NCBI GenBank assembly: GCA_041648155.1
Contig: JBAZPL010000002.1
Location: 1-36,636, forward strand
Length of the DNA: 36,636 nucleotides
Source: Candidatus Krumholzibacteriia bacterium
Lineage (GTDB): Bacteria; Krumholzibacteriota; Krumholzibacteriia; Krumholzibacteriales; Krumholzibacteriaceae
Direction: 5' to 3'
Part shown: positions 28,333 through 35,587 of the stretch, piece after piece
Numbering within the stretch: position 1 is the first letter of the stretch
Layout: each line of letters begins with the position of its first letter
The notes under the pieces: generated by a model
Told to the model about the DNA's origin: nothing
Seen by the model: only the letters and a program-made list of their open reading frames with translations
Databases searched by the model: none
Position numbers and translations under genes: made by a program

Positions 28333-28390
28333 CAGCTTCTTCCTTGGGCATTACGGTTGATGCATCCTAGCAGAGAGAAAAGCCGGCGTC

Positions 28391-28422
28391 AAAATCGAAA
28401 ACCGGTCGGGAAACCCGACCGG
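28391..28422 (-). terminator. Rho-independent terminator closing the STAS/partner-switching operon
   Basis: Perfect 9-bp stem CCGGTCGGG/CCCGACCGG (28402-28410 / 28414-28422) with an AAA loop. On the minus strand it is followed by TTTTCGATTTT (complement of 28391-28401). It lies 50 nt after the stop at 28472. Confidence 0.72.
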
Positions 28423-28471
28423 ACGCAGCGGTAGATCCGGGGATTCACGGCGCGTCAAAACCGAGAGAGCG

Positions 28472-28930
28472 CTAATCGGTCTTGTGCCCCGGCGAGCTCG
28501 CGACCCGTGCGCCGTTGCCGCCTGACGCCGAATTCTCGCCGGAATCGACGGACTTCGCTCCGGCGTCGCCCGACGTCTTCTTGTAGCTCTTCACGGCCTC
28601 GTCGACCGTATCGAAGCTCTGGAGAATAGTTTGAAACTCGAGCAGCTCGAAAACCTCGAAGACGTCCCCGATCATCGCCGCGAGCCTCAGATCGCCGCCG
28701 TTCTCGCGAATCGATTTGATCTCGCCGATGAAGATGCCCCAGCCCGCCGAACTGATGTAGTTCACGCCGCCGAGGTCTACGACGATATTGTAACGACCCT
28801 TTTTGAGAAGTCTCTTCAGGCTCTCCTCGAGCTCGGCCGATGTGGTAGTATCCACGTACCCCTGAACGGACAGCACCGATACTTCCGCATTCTCCTCAGG
28901 TCTCGAAAATGATACGTTGATCCCTTCCAT
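28472..28930 (-). CDS. STAS-domain protein (anti-sigma-factor-antagonist family) with a low-complexity C-terminal tail
   Basis: VLSVQGYVDTTTSAELEESLKRLL.....NIVVDLGGVNYISSAGWGIFIGEIKSIRENGGDLRLAAMIGDVFEVFELLEF is the SpoIIAA/RsbV-like fold. The Ser pair lies in YISSAGWG (nt 28736-28759). Confidence 0.88.
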   Translation of the reverse strand: MEGINVSFSRPEENAEVSVLSVQGYVDTTTSAELEESLKRLLKKGRYNIVVDLGGVNYISSAGWGIFIGEIKSIRENGGDLRLAAMIGDVFEVFELLEFQTILQSFDTVDEAVKSYKKTSGDAGAKSVDSGENSASGGNGARVASSPGHKTD

Positions 28931-28954
28931 ATCAACCTCGTTTCTAAAGCCCTT

Positions 28955-29329
28955 TCACGAATCCTGAATCTTTGTATTCTGATGCATCGCGAAGGCGGCG
29001 AGCGCCTCCTCCTTCGTGTTGTACGGCTTCAGGAGCGTATTGAACTCAAGAAGATCGAATACTTCCCGCACGTCGACGTGCATCGACGCAAGCTTGATGT
29101 CCCCGTTCCGCTGCCTGATTCCCTTGATCTCCCCGACGAAGATACCCCACCCTGCGGAGCTGATGTAGTTCACGTCGCCGAGATCGGCGACGATCCGAAC
29201 GCTGTTCGACGAGACGAGATCGTTGAACTTGTCCTCGAGGAACTGTGCCGTGCCCGAATCGATGATCCCGCGCAGTTTCAGAACGACGACATTATCCACG
29301 AATTCTTCATCAATAACAAGCTTGTCCAT
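28955..29329 (-). CDS. STAS-domain protein (anti-sigma-factor-antagonist family)
   Basis: VVVLKLRGIIDSGTAQFLEDKFNDLV...VRIVADLGDVNYISSAGWGIFVGEIKGIRQRNGDIKLASMHVDVREVFDLLEF, with the motif at nt 29144-29167. I prefer the ATG at 29329 (AGGAGAGG upstream). The track start at 29371 would sit 3 nt after the TPR gene stop. Confidence 0.88.
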   Translation of the reverse strand: MDKLVIDEEFVDNVVVLKLRGIIDSGTAQFLEDKFNDLVSSNSVRIVADLGDVNYISSAGWGIFVGEIKGIRQRNGDIKLASMHVDVREVFDLLEFNTLLKPYNTKEEALAAFAMHQNTKIQDS

Positions 29330-29374
29330 AAATCTGCCGGTCCTCTCCTGTGCCCGTCCCCATACTAGCAAACT

Positions 29375-30493
29375 TCAGTCCAATAATGCCTTAAGAAGGA
29401 TAAATATGCCTTGCCGGTCGTTCTCGGATAACCGCAGGTTTTTCTGGGCCTTTTGATAGTTGGTGTTTATCTCGAGAGCCTTGCGGAAGGCCTTGCTCGC
29501 CCTGTCCATATATATCTTGCATTTTGCAGTATATAGAATGCCAAGGCTGTTGTAACCATCCGCAAAGGTCGGGTTCTGGTCGACAATTTCCCGCACCCGG
29601 TCGAGATATCTCTCGATCTCTCCCTCCTGGAACTCCTCCCCGTCGTAGAGCAGCATCATATAGAGATCGAGAATGATATCGTCGATGCCGCCGCGGGCCG
29701 ACAGCTGCTTCGCCGACTCGAGAATCCCGTATGCGCCGTCGTAGTCCTTCTCCCTGAAAAGTGAGCGCGCCTCCTCGAGGCGGTCGTGCATGAGGTACGG
29801 ATCGAGCTGCTCCGCGCGCTCGAGGTTGCTCAGAAAAGTCGATTCGAGTTCGCGCGAGAGCTCGTAATCCTCCTTCACGATGGTGTTGAGGAGATAGGCG
29901 CGCGCGAGGTTGAGGTAAGACTCGCCATAGTAGAGGTTGAGCTCGATGGCCCGCTTGAAGCACTCGATCGCCGGCTTGCATTTCTGCTGCTTGAGATAGA
30001 CCTTGCCGAGAAGGTTGTGCATGTCGGGGTAATCCGGCGTGACCTCGATGCCGGCCCGTGTCGCCTCGAAAGCCCTCTCGAAATCTCCCATCTCGTAGTA
30101 CGACTCCCCGACGATCATGCTGGAAAGGGAATCCTTGTTCCCTTTCTTGATGGCTTTTTGCGCCTCCTGGATCGCTTCCTGATAGAGATGCCGCTTGAAG
30201 AGCGCTTGGGCGATTTTGAGATGCGGCTTCGGATCCTCCGAGGAACGGATGCGTTCGCTCACGCCGAGGATGAGCATGAATTTCTGTTTGTTCTCGAGAT
30301 GCGCTTCCTTCGTCGCGCGACGCACGTCGTCGGGCGCTCCCTTGCCGTCGATCGCCGTCTGAACCGTATCGAAGAGAACACCGTCTTTGAAAAACGAGCT
30401 CTGGATGACGCCCTTTTTCTGTAGAAGACTCGTCTGGAGGAAATACTTCTTCCCCCCGTGATCGATCTCTTCTCTCAATTCAAAACTGGTCAC
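29375..30493 (-). CDS. TPR-repeat protein with a non-TPR N-terminal ~90 aa
   Basis: Repeated 34-aa A/Y/G patterns: IAQALFKRHLYQEAIQEAQKAIK, GESYYEMGDFERAFEATRAGIEVTPDYPDMHNLLGKVYLKQQKCKPAIECFKRAIELN, NSLGILYTAKCKIYMDRASKAFRKALEINTNY. Confidence 0.85.
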   Translation of the reverse strand: MTSFELREEIDHGGKKYFLQTSLLQKKGVIQSSFFKDGVLFDTVQTAIDGKGAPDDVRRATKEAHLENKQKFMLILGVSERIRSSEDPKPHLKIAQALFKRHLYQEAIQEAQKAIKKGNKDSLSSMIVGESYYEMGDFERAFEATRAGIEVTPDYPDMHNLLGKVYLKQQKCKPAIECFKRAIELNLYYGESYLNLARAYLLNTIVKEDYELSRELESTFLSNLERAEQLDPYLMHDRLEEARSLFREKDYDGAYGILESAKQLSARGGIDDIILDLYMMLLYDGEEFQEGEIERYLDRVREIVDQNPTFADGYNSLGILYTAKCKIYMDRASKAFRKALEINTNYQKAQKNLRLSENDRQGIFILLKALLD

Positions 30494-30544
30494 TGTGCCT
30501 TCCTTCGTGCAGGGCGCCGCGCCGCGCGCCGGCGGGATCGGACG

Positions 30545-31321
30545 CTAGAGAACCGGCGCCGCCTCCGCGCTATCCGCGCGCGAACGTTCGAGCCCGAGGA
30601 TCTCCTCGGTGAGATGATAATAATCGAACGCGCCCCGCGAAAGCGGCGCGTGCTCGAATACCGTCTTGTTCTGTCCGGGAGCCTCCCGTATCGCCGCGTT
30701 CATCCGTATGATCGTCGTGAATATCCGCTCTCCGAAGCGCTCGCGGAGATCGCCGAGCATCAGGTGCGACAGCCGGATCCGGGAATCGTAAAACGTGGGC
30801 AGCAGCCGAAACGATATGGGCTTCCGGCTGTTGAGCGTTTGAATCTCCTCGATGATGCTTGCCGTTTGCTCGGCGCCCGCCCGCGAAAGGTAATCCATGG
30901 AGACGGGAATGATGACCTCGTCGCAATAGGCCAGCGCGTTGATATTGATGAGATTGAGGGACGGCGAGCAGTCGCATATCACGTAATCGCATCCCTTGAG
31001 GTGCTTGAGAGAATCCGCCAGCCTCCGCTCGCGGTGCTCCCTCGCTCCGAGTTTGAGCTCGACCTCGGCGAGCTTGCGCCCTCCCGAGTCGATGAAAAAC
31101 AGATTGTCGCGCACCTGGAGGATGTCGACGTCTCCCGAGGTAAGAAGATCCGCGAGCCCTTTCGGACTCTCGACTCCGAAGGTTACCGCGACACTCCTCT
31201 GCGGATCGCAATCGATGAGAAGAACGCGGCGGCCGGACAGGGAGAGGCCGTGGGCGAGGCTGACCGCGGTAGTGGTCTTCCCCGTCCCCCCCTTCATCGT
31301 CATGATCGCGTATCGTTTCAT
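30545..31321 (-). CDS. ParA/MinD-superfamily ATPase (orphan ParA-like; no ParB nearby)
   Basis: MKRYAIMTMKGGTGKTTTAVSLAHGLSLSGRRVLLIDCDPQ carries the deviant Walker A KGGxxGKT. Also DYVICDCSPSL (Walker B region) and ...YDSR. The start lies 3 nt after the stop of the 1420-aa gene. Confidence 0.9.
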   Translation of the reverse strand: MKRYAIMTMKGGTGKTTTAVSLAHGLSLSGRRVLLIDCDPQRSVAVTFGVESPKGLADLLTSGDVDILQVRDNLFFIDSGGRKLAEVELKLGAREHRERRLADSLKHLKGCDYVICDCSPSLNLININALAYCDEVIIPVSMDYLSRAGAEQTASIIEEIQTLNSRKPISFRLLPTFYDSRIRLSHLMLGDLRERFGERIFTTIIRMNAAIREAPGQNKTVFEHAPLSRGAFDYYHLTEEILGLERSRADSAEAAPVL

Positions 31322-31324
31322 AAG

Positions 31325-34300
31325 CTATCTCTTCCGGCGCTTCGGGTTCTTTTCCGACTCCGAAAGCTTCTTCCCGTATTCTTCCCACCCCAGTTTCTTG
31401 ATGCGGTGGTCCTTGTCCTCGCGCACATCCGTGCGCTGTTTGAAGTCGATAAAGATGACTTTTTCCTCTTCCTTCACGGTCTTCAGCGGCTCGAGAGGAA
31501 TGATGTCCGCCTTGCCGAGGAGCGCGGAAGCGAGATCCTGCCCCGCATCAGCCTGTTCGACCGGCGCGTCGGGAACGGGAGCATCCTTTCTCGGGCGGCT
31601 CTCCGCCCCTGCCGGCACGATCTTCCCCTTTCGTACGGCTTCCCCGAGGTTCTTCGGAAGCCGGAGCTCCTCGAGCGCGCGCTCGAGCGTCCCGAAATGC
31701 GGGATGAGCGGCTCGAACCCGAGGTCTCTGAATATCTTCAGGATCGTCGAATTCATCCCCGCGAGAGCGAGCGCGCCCCCCGAAGCCCCCAGCTTCTGCA
31801 TATACTTGACGACGATGCCCCACCCGCTGCTGCTTATATATACCATATCGGAAAGATCGAGCACAAGGTGCGCGGGATTCTCGGCGAGACACTGTTCCAG
31901 CCTGCTTTCGAGCTCGTCGGACGTCGAAGAGTCGACGGCACCGCCGATCGAGAGCACGATGATTCCCTTCGGACCGTCCGTCGCCTTTGCGACGCCGATC
32001 GCGAGTCCCGGTTCGACACGTTTCGCGCCGGCCATTCCTTCGGGAATCGGCTGAACGGATTCCCCAAGCGCCTCCGCTTCGATTGCGTCCTCGTATCCGT
32101 CCCCCGCCGGCGACGGAACCTTGAAATTCTCGATGGCCTCGCTGAGGACGCCGAAGGAGCGCATGATGGAATCGAATCCGAGCATGTGGAAAATGCTGTG
32201 AACCTCTTCATCCATGCCGAATATCTTGAAATCTCCTTCGCGCGCGCGGATATCCTTTATCCGCGACGCGAAGACGCCCCACCCGCTCGAGCTCACATAT
32301 TCCACTCGCGACATATCGACAACGAGCTTCACGATGCCCCGATCGACGAAGCTGTCCAGGACCGAGCGGAGCTTGACGCAGCTCACCGTATCGATAACGC
32401 CGTCGAGATAGAGGATCGTGATTTCGCCGCGCTCGCCGACGGTTCCCGCCTCGATTTTGAGCGCTGTCCACGGAGTCTCGTCGCCCGGAACGTCGAGAAT
32501 CTCGGGAGCGCCGGGCGATTCGGAAGCCTGTCTCACCTCGAGAGGCTTGAGCGCCGCGCGTCGCCGCGACACTTCTTCGAGCCGCTTCTCGCGCTCGACA
32601 AGCGACAAGGTTACGTATCCGACAGCCGCCTCGACGTCCGGGAACTGCATGATGATCTCCTGAAAACCGAGGAGCTCGTAGATATCATACACTTCGCTCG
32701 ACATACCGGCGAGGACGACATCCCCCTCTCCCTCCCTGAGCAATTTCACTCTGCCCGTGAATATTCCCCAACCGCCGCTCGAAATATAGGTCACGTCCTT
32801 GAGATCGACGATGATCTTTCGATAGCCGTACTCGTAGACGCTTTCGAGGATTCCCTCGAGCTCTCCCACCGAAGATGAATCGAGATGCCCCTTGACCCGA
32901 AGAACGACAATCCCTCCCTCGAGCTCCTCCGACGTGACCTCGACAGCCCGCCCCTCACCCACCGCGTATTCCGTTTTATGCGCGACATTCCGGTCGCGGG
33001 CCCCCGTGGGCACGAGCTTCGCCTGGCGGGCCGCGCGGGCGGGGCGGGGAGCGGGCGCTTCGGCGATCTCCGGTTCATCGGAAATAGAAGCGATCCCGTC
33101 TCCAGCGGCGAGTTTGAAAGCATCCGGCTCCGCGCGCACCTGCGCGGCCAGCAGCGCCTTGAACTGCTCGTCGGTGATGATCTTGTTGCGGCGCAGGTAT
33201 TCGAGTCTCAGATCGTACGTATTGAGGCGGATGCGTTTCAGCTCGTCGTAGACGATCGCTTGGGTAAGACGCTCCTTTTCCTCTTTCTCTTCGTTGAACA
33301 GGTCCGCGATCTTCTTCGCGCCGTATTTCGGATTCTTCTTGATGATCTCGAGTATGCCCTTGCGCTGCTCGAGACTCACCCGTTTGATGTCGTCCTCTAT
33401 TCGAAGCGTCTTGTCCTGAAGCCCCCGGTCACCCATCTCGACGACGCGTTTCTTGTATCGATAATAGGTCGACGGCGAAACCTTCATCATCCGACACGCT
33501 TCGGCGACGGGCATTCCCTGGATCTCGACGAGATCGAGGAGCTTCTTGCGGATGCCGTAGAGCACCTCGTCCGCCATGAGTTTTTCCTTGATCGCGACGA
33601 CGGTGATATCGTCGTTCTGCGGCATGTCGCCGGTGAACTCCTTGATCGCTTCGCTCAAACGGTCGATAAACTCCTGCGGGGAGAGCTTCCCGCTCGCCTT
33701 GATGAGCTGAATGAGACGCTCTTCGCCGTACTGATCGCGGTTGACGTTCATCGCTTCCGTCACGCCGTCGGTGTAGATGACGAGCATGTCGTCTTTCTTG
33801 AGCTTGATCTTCTCGACGTCGATCGAGCGGCGAAACAGCGTATCGTCGGGAAGACTGATCCCGACGGGAAATCCGCGGGGATTGAGGAAATACGTTTCGT
33901 CCGTCTCCGCGCGGTAGAGAATCATCGGATTGTGCCCCGCGCTCGCGTAGCTGATGATTCGGTTTTTCGAATCGAGGATCGAATAGAAGATCGTGACGAA
34001 CATTCCCTTTTTCATATCTTCCGTCACGAAGTCGTTCATTCGGGACATGACCTCGGCGGCGGAGTAATTGCCGCGCGCTTCCATCCTGAGCGCGGTCCGT
34101 ATCATCGTCATGACGAGCGATCCGGGCACGCCCTTGCCCGAGACGTCCGCCACGACGACCCCGAGCGTATCCTCGTCGACCTTCACGAAGTCGTAATAAT
34201 CCCCGCCGACCTCTTTTGCGGCTTTGTAGTAGCTCGCGATATCGTAGCCGCCGATTTCGGGAACGCGCTTCGGAAGGAGGGTGTGCTGGATCTCCTGGGC

Positions 34301-35587
34301 GACCTGCATCTCTTTCTGCAGGCGTTCTTGCTCGACGACATTCTTCTGCGCTGCGCGGAACTTCGAGGTGATTTCGTTGAACGCCCGCGCGATCTCGCCG
34401 ATCTCCTTGGGACCTTCGATCTTGATCTCGTCGTTGAGCGAGCCTTCCCCGATAGCGCGCACGCCTTCCGTGAGCGCCTGAATCGGCCGCACGAAAACCG
34501 CGATAAGGAGATAGATGAGCGCCACGCCCGCGGCGAACACGCCGACGAGGAGCAGCGTCATCATCGGCCTCGGATCGACCAGGTCTTCGACGACCATGGC
34601 TATCGAGACGCCCGTGACGATCCTGCCGATCGGTTCGGCGTTCGCCCGTTCCGTCCCCGCCCGGTACACGGGCTGATGGAACTCCCTGACCGCGCCGACT
34701 CCCGGCATTTGAACGGTGCGCGACGCGCCTTCCTTCGTGAGCGATCCCGCCTCGGCCGGAATGTCGTACGCCGAGAGAAGTTCGTCGACGTCGCTCGAGG
34801 CGATGACGATTCCGTCCCTGTCGACGAGCCTGATATATCTCGTCTCGGGATATTTCTTGATCTGCTTGATGAAGGTGTCGCTCAAGCGCGTGCGCTCGAC
34901 CGAATACTGATCCTCGCCGAGAGCGTTTTCGCTCGCCGTGGCGATATTCTCGGCGACGGCTTTTCGCTGGAGCCACGCCTGCGCGTACCTCCCGCGAACC
35001 TCCTGCGTCTGTCGATAGAACAGTATCGACCAGAGAAACACGATGAGCCCGAAAAGACCGAGCGTCGCGCGCAGCGCGAATTTGAAGCGGAGCGTCGAAG
35101 TCCACCGGGGCCTCATGAGCGAAGCGAAGAGCGGTCTCTGGGCGCCCGATGCGGTCGAGCTCTTCGCCATGTAGAGCCGGTTGCCCCCCGGCGCGGCCGA
35201 ATAGCTGAGGGTGTCCATGAGCCGGTTCATGAGGTAAATGCCGAGTCCGCCCTTTTTCCCCATCTCGACGTAGAGATCGAGGTCGGGCTCCTTCACTTTC
35301 GACCAGTCGAACGGCTCCCCCCGGTCGAAGATGTTGATCTCGACCTTCCCCGGCTCGGCCTGGACGTCGATCCTGACGTCCCCCACTTTATCCCGGTATG
35401 CGTGCTTGATGATGTTCGTGCAGGCTTCGTCCACGGCGAGCTTCGTATTGGCCGTCTCGCTCTTCGAGAAACCCGCGCGATCGCAGATAGCGGCGATGAA
35501 GTCCCTGACCTCGCTCAGGTTGTTCTCGTCGGCGGGTACCTCGAGATGAAACGTTTCACGATCGGTGAGGAAATCCTTCTTCTTCAC
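31325..35587 (-). CDS. 1420-aa multidomain signalling protein: RsbW/SpoIIAB-like Ser kinase, TM, extracytoplasmic sensor, TM, HAMP, PP2C/SpoIIE phosphatase, transposase-like double HTH, STAS x3, basic C-terminal tail
   Basis: Uninterrupted 4263-nt ORF. The GTG start at 35587 overlaps the upstream TGA (GTGA). Domain motifs are listed in the sub-features below. Codon usage is like the neighbours, and all alternative-frame ORFs here are Arg/Pro-rich shadows. Confidence 0.88.
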   Translation of the reverse strand: MKKKDFLTDRETFHLEVPADENNLSEVRDFIAAICDRAGFSKSETANTKLAVDEACTNIIKHAYRDKVGDVRIDVQAEPGKVEINIFDRGEPFDWSKVKEPDLDLYVEMGKKGGLGIYLMNRLMDTLSYSAAPGGNRLYMAKSSTASGAQRPLFASLMRPRWTSTLRFKFALRATLGLFGLIVFLWSILFYRQTQEVRGRYAQAWLQRKAVAENIATASENALGEDQYSVERTRLSDTFIKQIKKYPETRYIRLVDRDGIVIASSDVDELLSAYDIPAEAGSLTKEGASRTVQMPGVGAVREFHQPVYRAGTERANAEPIGRIVTGVSIAMVVEDLVDPRPMMTLLLVGVFAAGVALIYLLIAVFVRPIQALTEGVRAIGEGSLNDEIKIEGPKEIGEIARAFNEITSKFRAAQKNVVEQERLQKEMQVAQEIQHTLLPKRVPEIGGYDIASYYKAAKEVGGDYYDFVKVDEDTLGVVVADVSGKGVPGSLVMTMIRTALRMEARGNYSAAEVMSRMNDFVTEDMKKGMFVTIFYSILDSKNRIISYASAGHNPMILYRAETDETYFLNPRGFPVGISLPDDTLFRRSIDVEKIKLKKDDMLVIYTDGVTEAMNVNRDQYGEERLIQLIKASGKLSPQEFIDRLSEAIKEFTGDMPQNDDITVVAIKEKLMADEVLYGIRKKLLDLVEIQGMPVAEACRMMKVSPSTYYRYKKRVVEMGDRGLQDKTLRIEDDIKRVSLEQRKGILEIIKKNPKYGAKKIADLFNEEKEEKERLTQAIVYDELKRIRLNTYDLRLEYLRRNKIITDEQFKALLAAQVRAEPDAFKLAAGDGIASISDEPEIAEAPAPRPARAARQAKLVPTGARDRNVAHKTEYAVGEGRAVEVTSEELEGGIVVLRVKGHLDSSSVGELEGILESVYEYGYRKIIVDLKDVTYISSGGWGIFTGRVKLLREGEGDVVLAGMSSEVYDIYELLGFQEIIMQFPDVEAAVGYVTLSLVEREKRLEEVSRRRAALKPLEVRQASESPGAPEILDVPGDETPWTALKIEAGTVGERGEITILYLDGVIDTVSCVKLRSVLDSFVDRGIVKLVVDMSRVEYVSSSGWGVFASRIKDIRAREGDFKIFGMDEEVHSIFHMLGFDSIMRSFGVLSEAIENFKVPSPAGDGYEDAIEAEALGESVQPIPEGMAGAKRVEPGLAIGVAKATDGPKGIIVLSIGGAVDSSTSDELESRLEQCLAENPAHLVLDLSDMVYISSSGWGIVVKYMQKLGASGGALALAGMNSTILKIFRDLGFEPLIPHFGTLERALEELRLPKNLGEAVRKGKIVPAGAESRPRKDAPVPDAPVEQADAGQDLASALLGKADIIPLEPLKTVKEEEKVIFIDFKQRTDVREDKDHRIKKLGWEEYGKKLSESEKNPKRRKR
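31664..31981 (-). other. Domain: STAS 3, aa ~1203-1308
   Basis: IIVLSIGGAVDSSTSDELESRLEQCL...HLVLDLSDMVYISSSGWGIVVKYMQKLGASGGALALAGMNSTILKIFRDLGF. YISSSGWG is at nt 31817-31840. Confidence 0.85.
32120..32455 (-). other. Domain: STAS 2, aa ~1045-1156
   Basis: ITILYLDGVIDTVSCVKLRSVLDSF...KLVVDMSRVEYVSSSGWGVFASRIKDIRAREGDFKIFGMDEEVHSIFHMLGF. YVSSSGWG is at nt 32276-32299. Confidence 0.85.
32612..32935 (-). other. Domain: STAS 1, aa ~885-992
   Basis: VVLRVKGHLDSSSVGELEGILESV...KIIVDLKDVTYISSGGWGIFTGRVKLLREGEGDVVLAGMSSEVYDIYELLGF. YISSGGWG is encoded at nt 32765-32788 (verified by hand translation). Confidence 0.85.
33188..33574 (-). other. Domain: double helix-turn-helix resembling transposase N-terminal DNA-binding modules, aa ~672-800
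   Basis: GMPVAEACRMMKVSPSTYYRYKKRVVEMGDRGLQDKTLR...SLEQRKGILEIIKKNPKYGAKKIADLFNEE...LTQAIVYDELKRIRL has the pattern of IS630/IS481/IS3-type HTH pairs. No DDE catalytic domain follows. Confidence 0.6.
33587..34255 (-). other. Domain: PP2C-type (SpoIIE/RsbU family) Ser phosphatase, aa ~445-667
   Basis: AQEIQHTLLP...GGDYYDF...GVVVADVSGKGVPGSLVM...FVTIFY..LD.....ISYASAGHNPMILY...GDMLVIYTDGVTEA...NDDITVVAIK contains the metal-binding Asp motifs. Confidence 0.88.
34328..34489 (-). other. Domain: HAMP linker, aa ~367-420
   Basis: RPIQALTEGVRAIGEGSLNDEIKIEGPKEIGEIARAFNEITSKF follows TM2 directly (classic P-x-x-x-L ... E-I-G-x-L-A-x-A-F-N pattern). Confidence 0.8.
34490..35074 (-). other. Domain: TM1, ~150-aa extracytoplasmic (Cache-like?) sensor, TM2, aa ~172-366
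   Basis: Hydrophobic LRATLGLFGLIVFLWSILFY and MMTLLLVGVFAAGVALIYLLIAVF flank a soluble segment containing YIRLVDRDGIVIASSD. The Cache-like assignment is a guess from this pattern only. Confidence 0.6.
35162..35560 (-). other. Domain: anti-sigma-factor-type serine kinase (HATPase_c_2-like), aa ~10-142
   Basis: LEVPADENNLSEVRDFIAAICDRAGFS...TKLAVDEACTNIIKHAY (N-box), INIFDRGEPFD (G1), KKGGLGIYLMNRLMD (G2). Confidence 0.8.

Noticed and set aside
18913-28360. Shadow ORFs over the orphan, envelope and vWA genes (for example 18913..19632 +, 19747..20526 +, 21125..21889 +, 22866..23618 +, 23387..24382 +, 25283..26506 +, 26219..27295 -, 27830..28360 +)
   Set aside because: The reasoning is the same: they oppose or frame-shift longer ORFs with protein-like composition or recognisable domains, and they are rich in Arg/Ser/Pro runs.
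33188-33574. Possible insertion sequence or transposase remnant, suggested by the transposase-like HTH
   Set aside because: The segment is in frame within a continuous 1420-aa ORF. It has no DDE/integrase catalytic domain, no flanking inverted repeats or target duplications, and composition like the surrounding DNA. I read it as a domesticated DNA-binding domain, not a mobile element.
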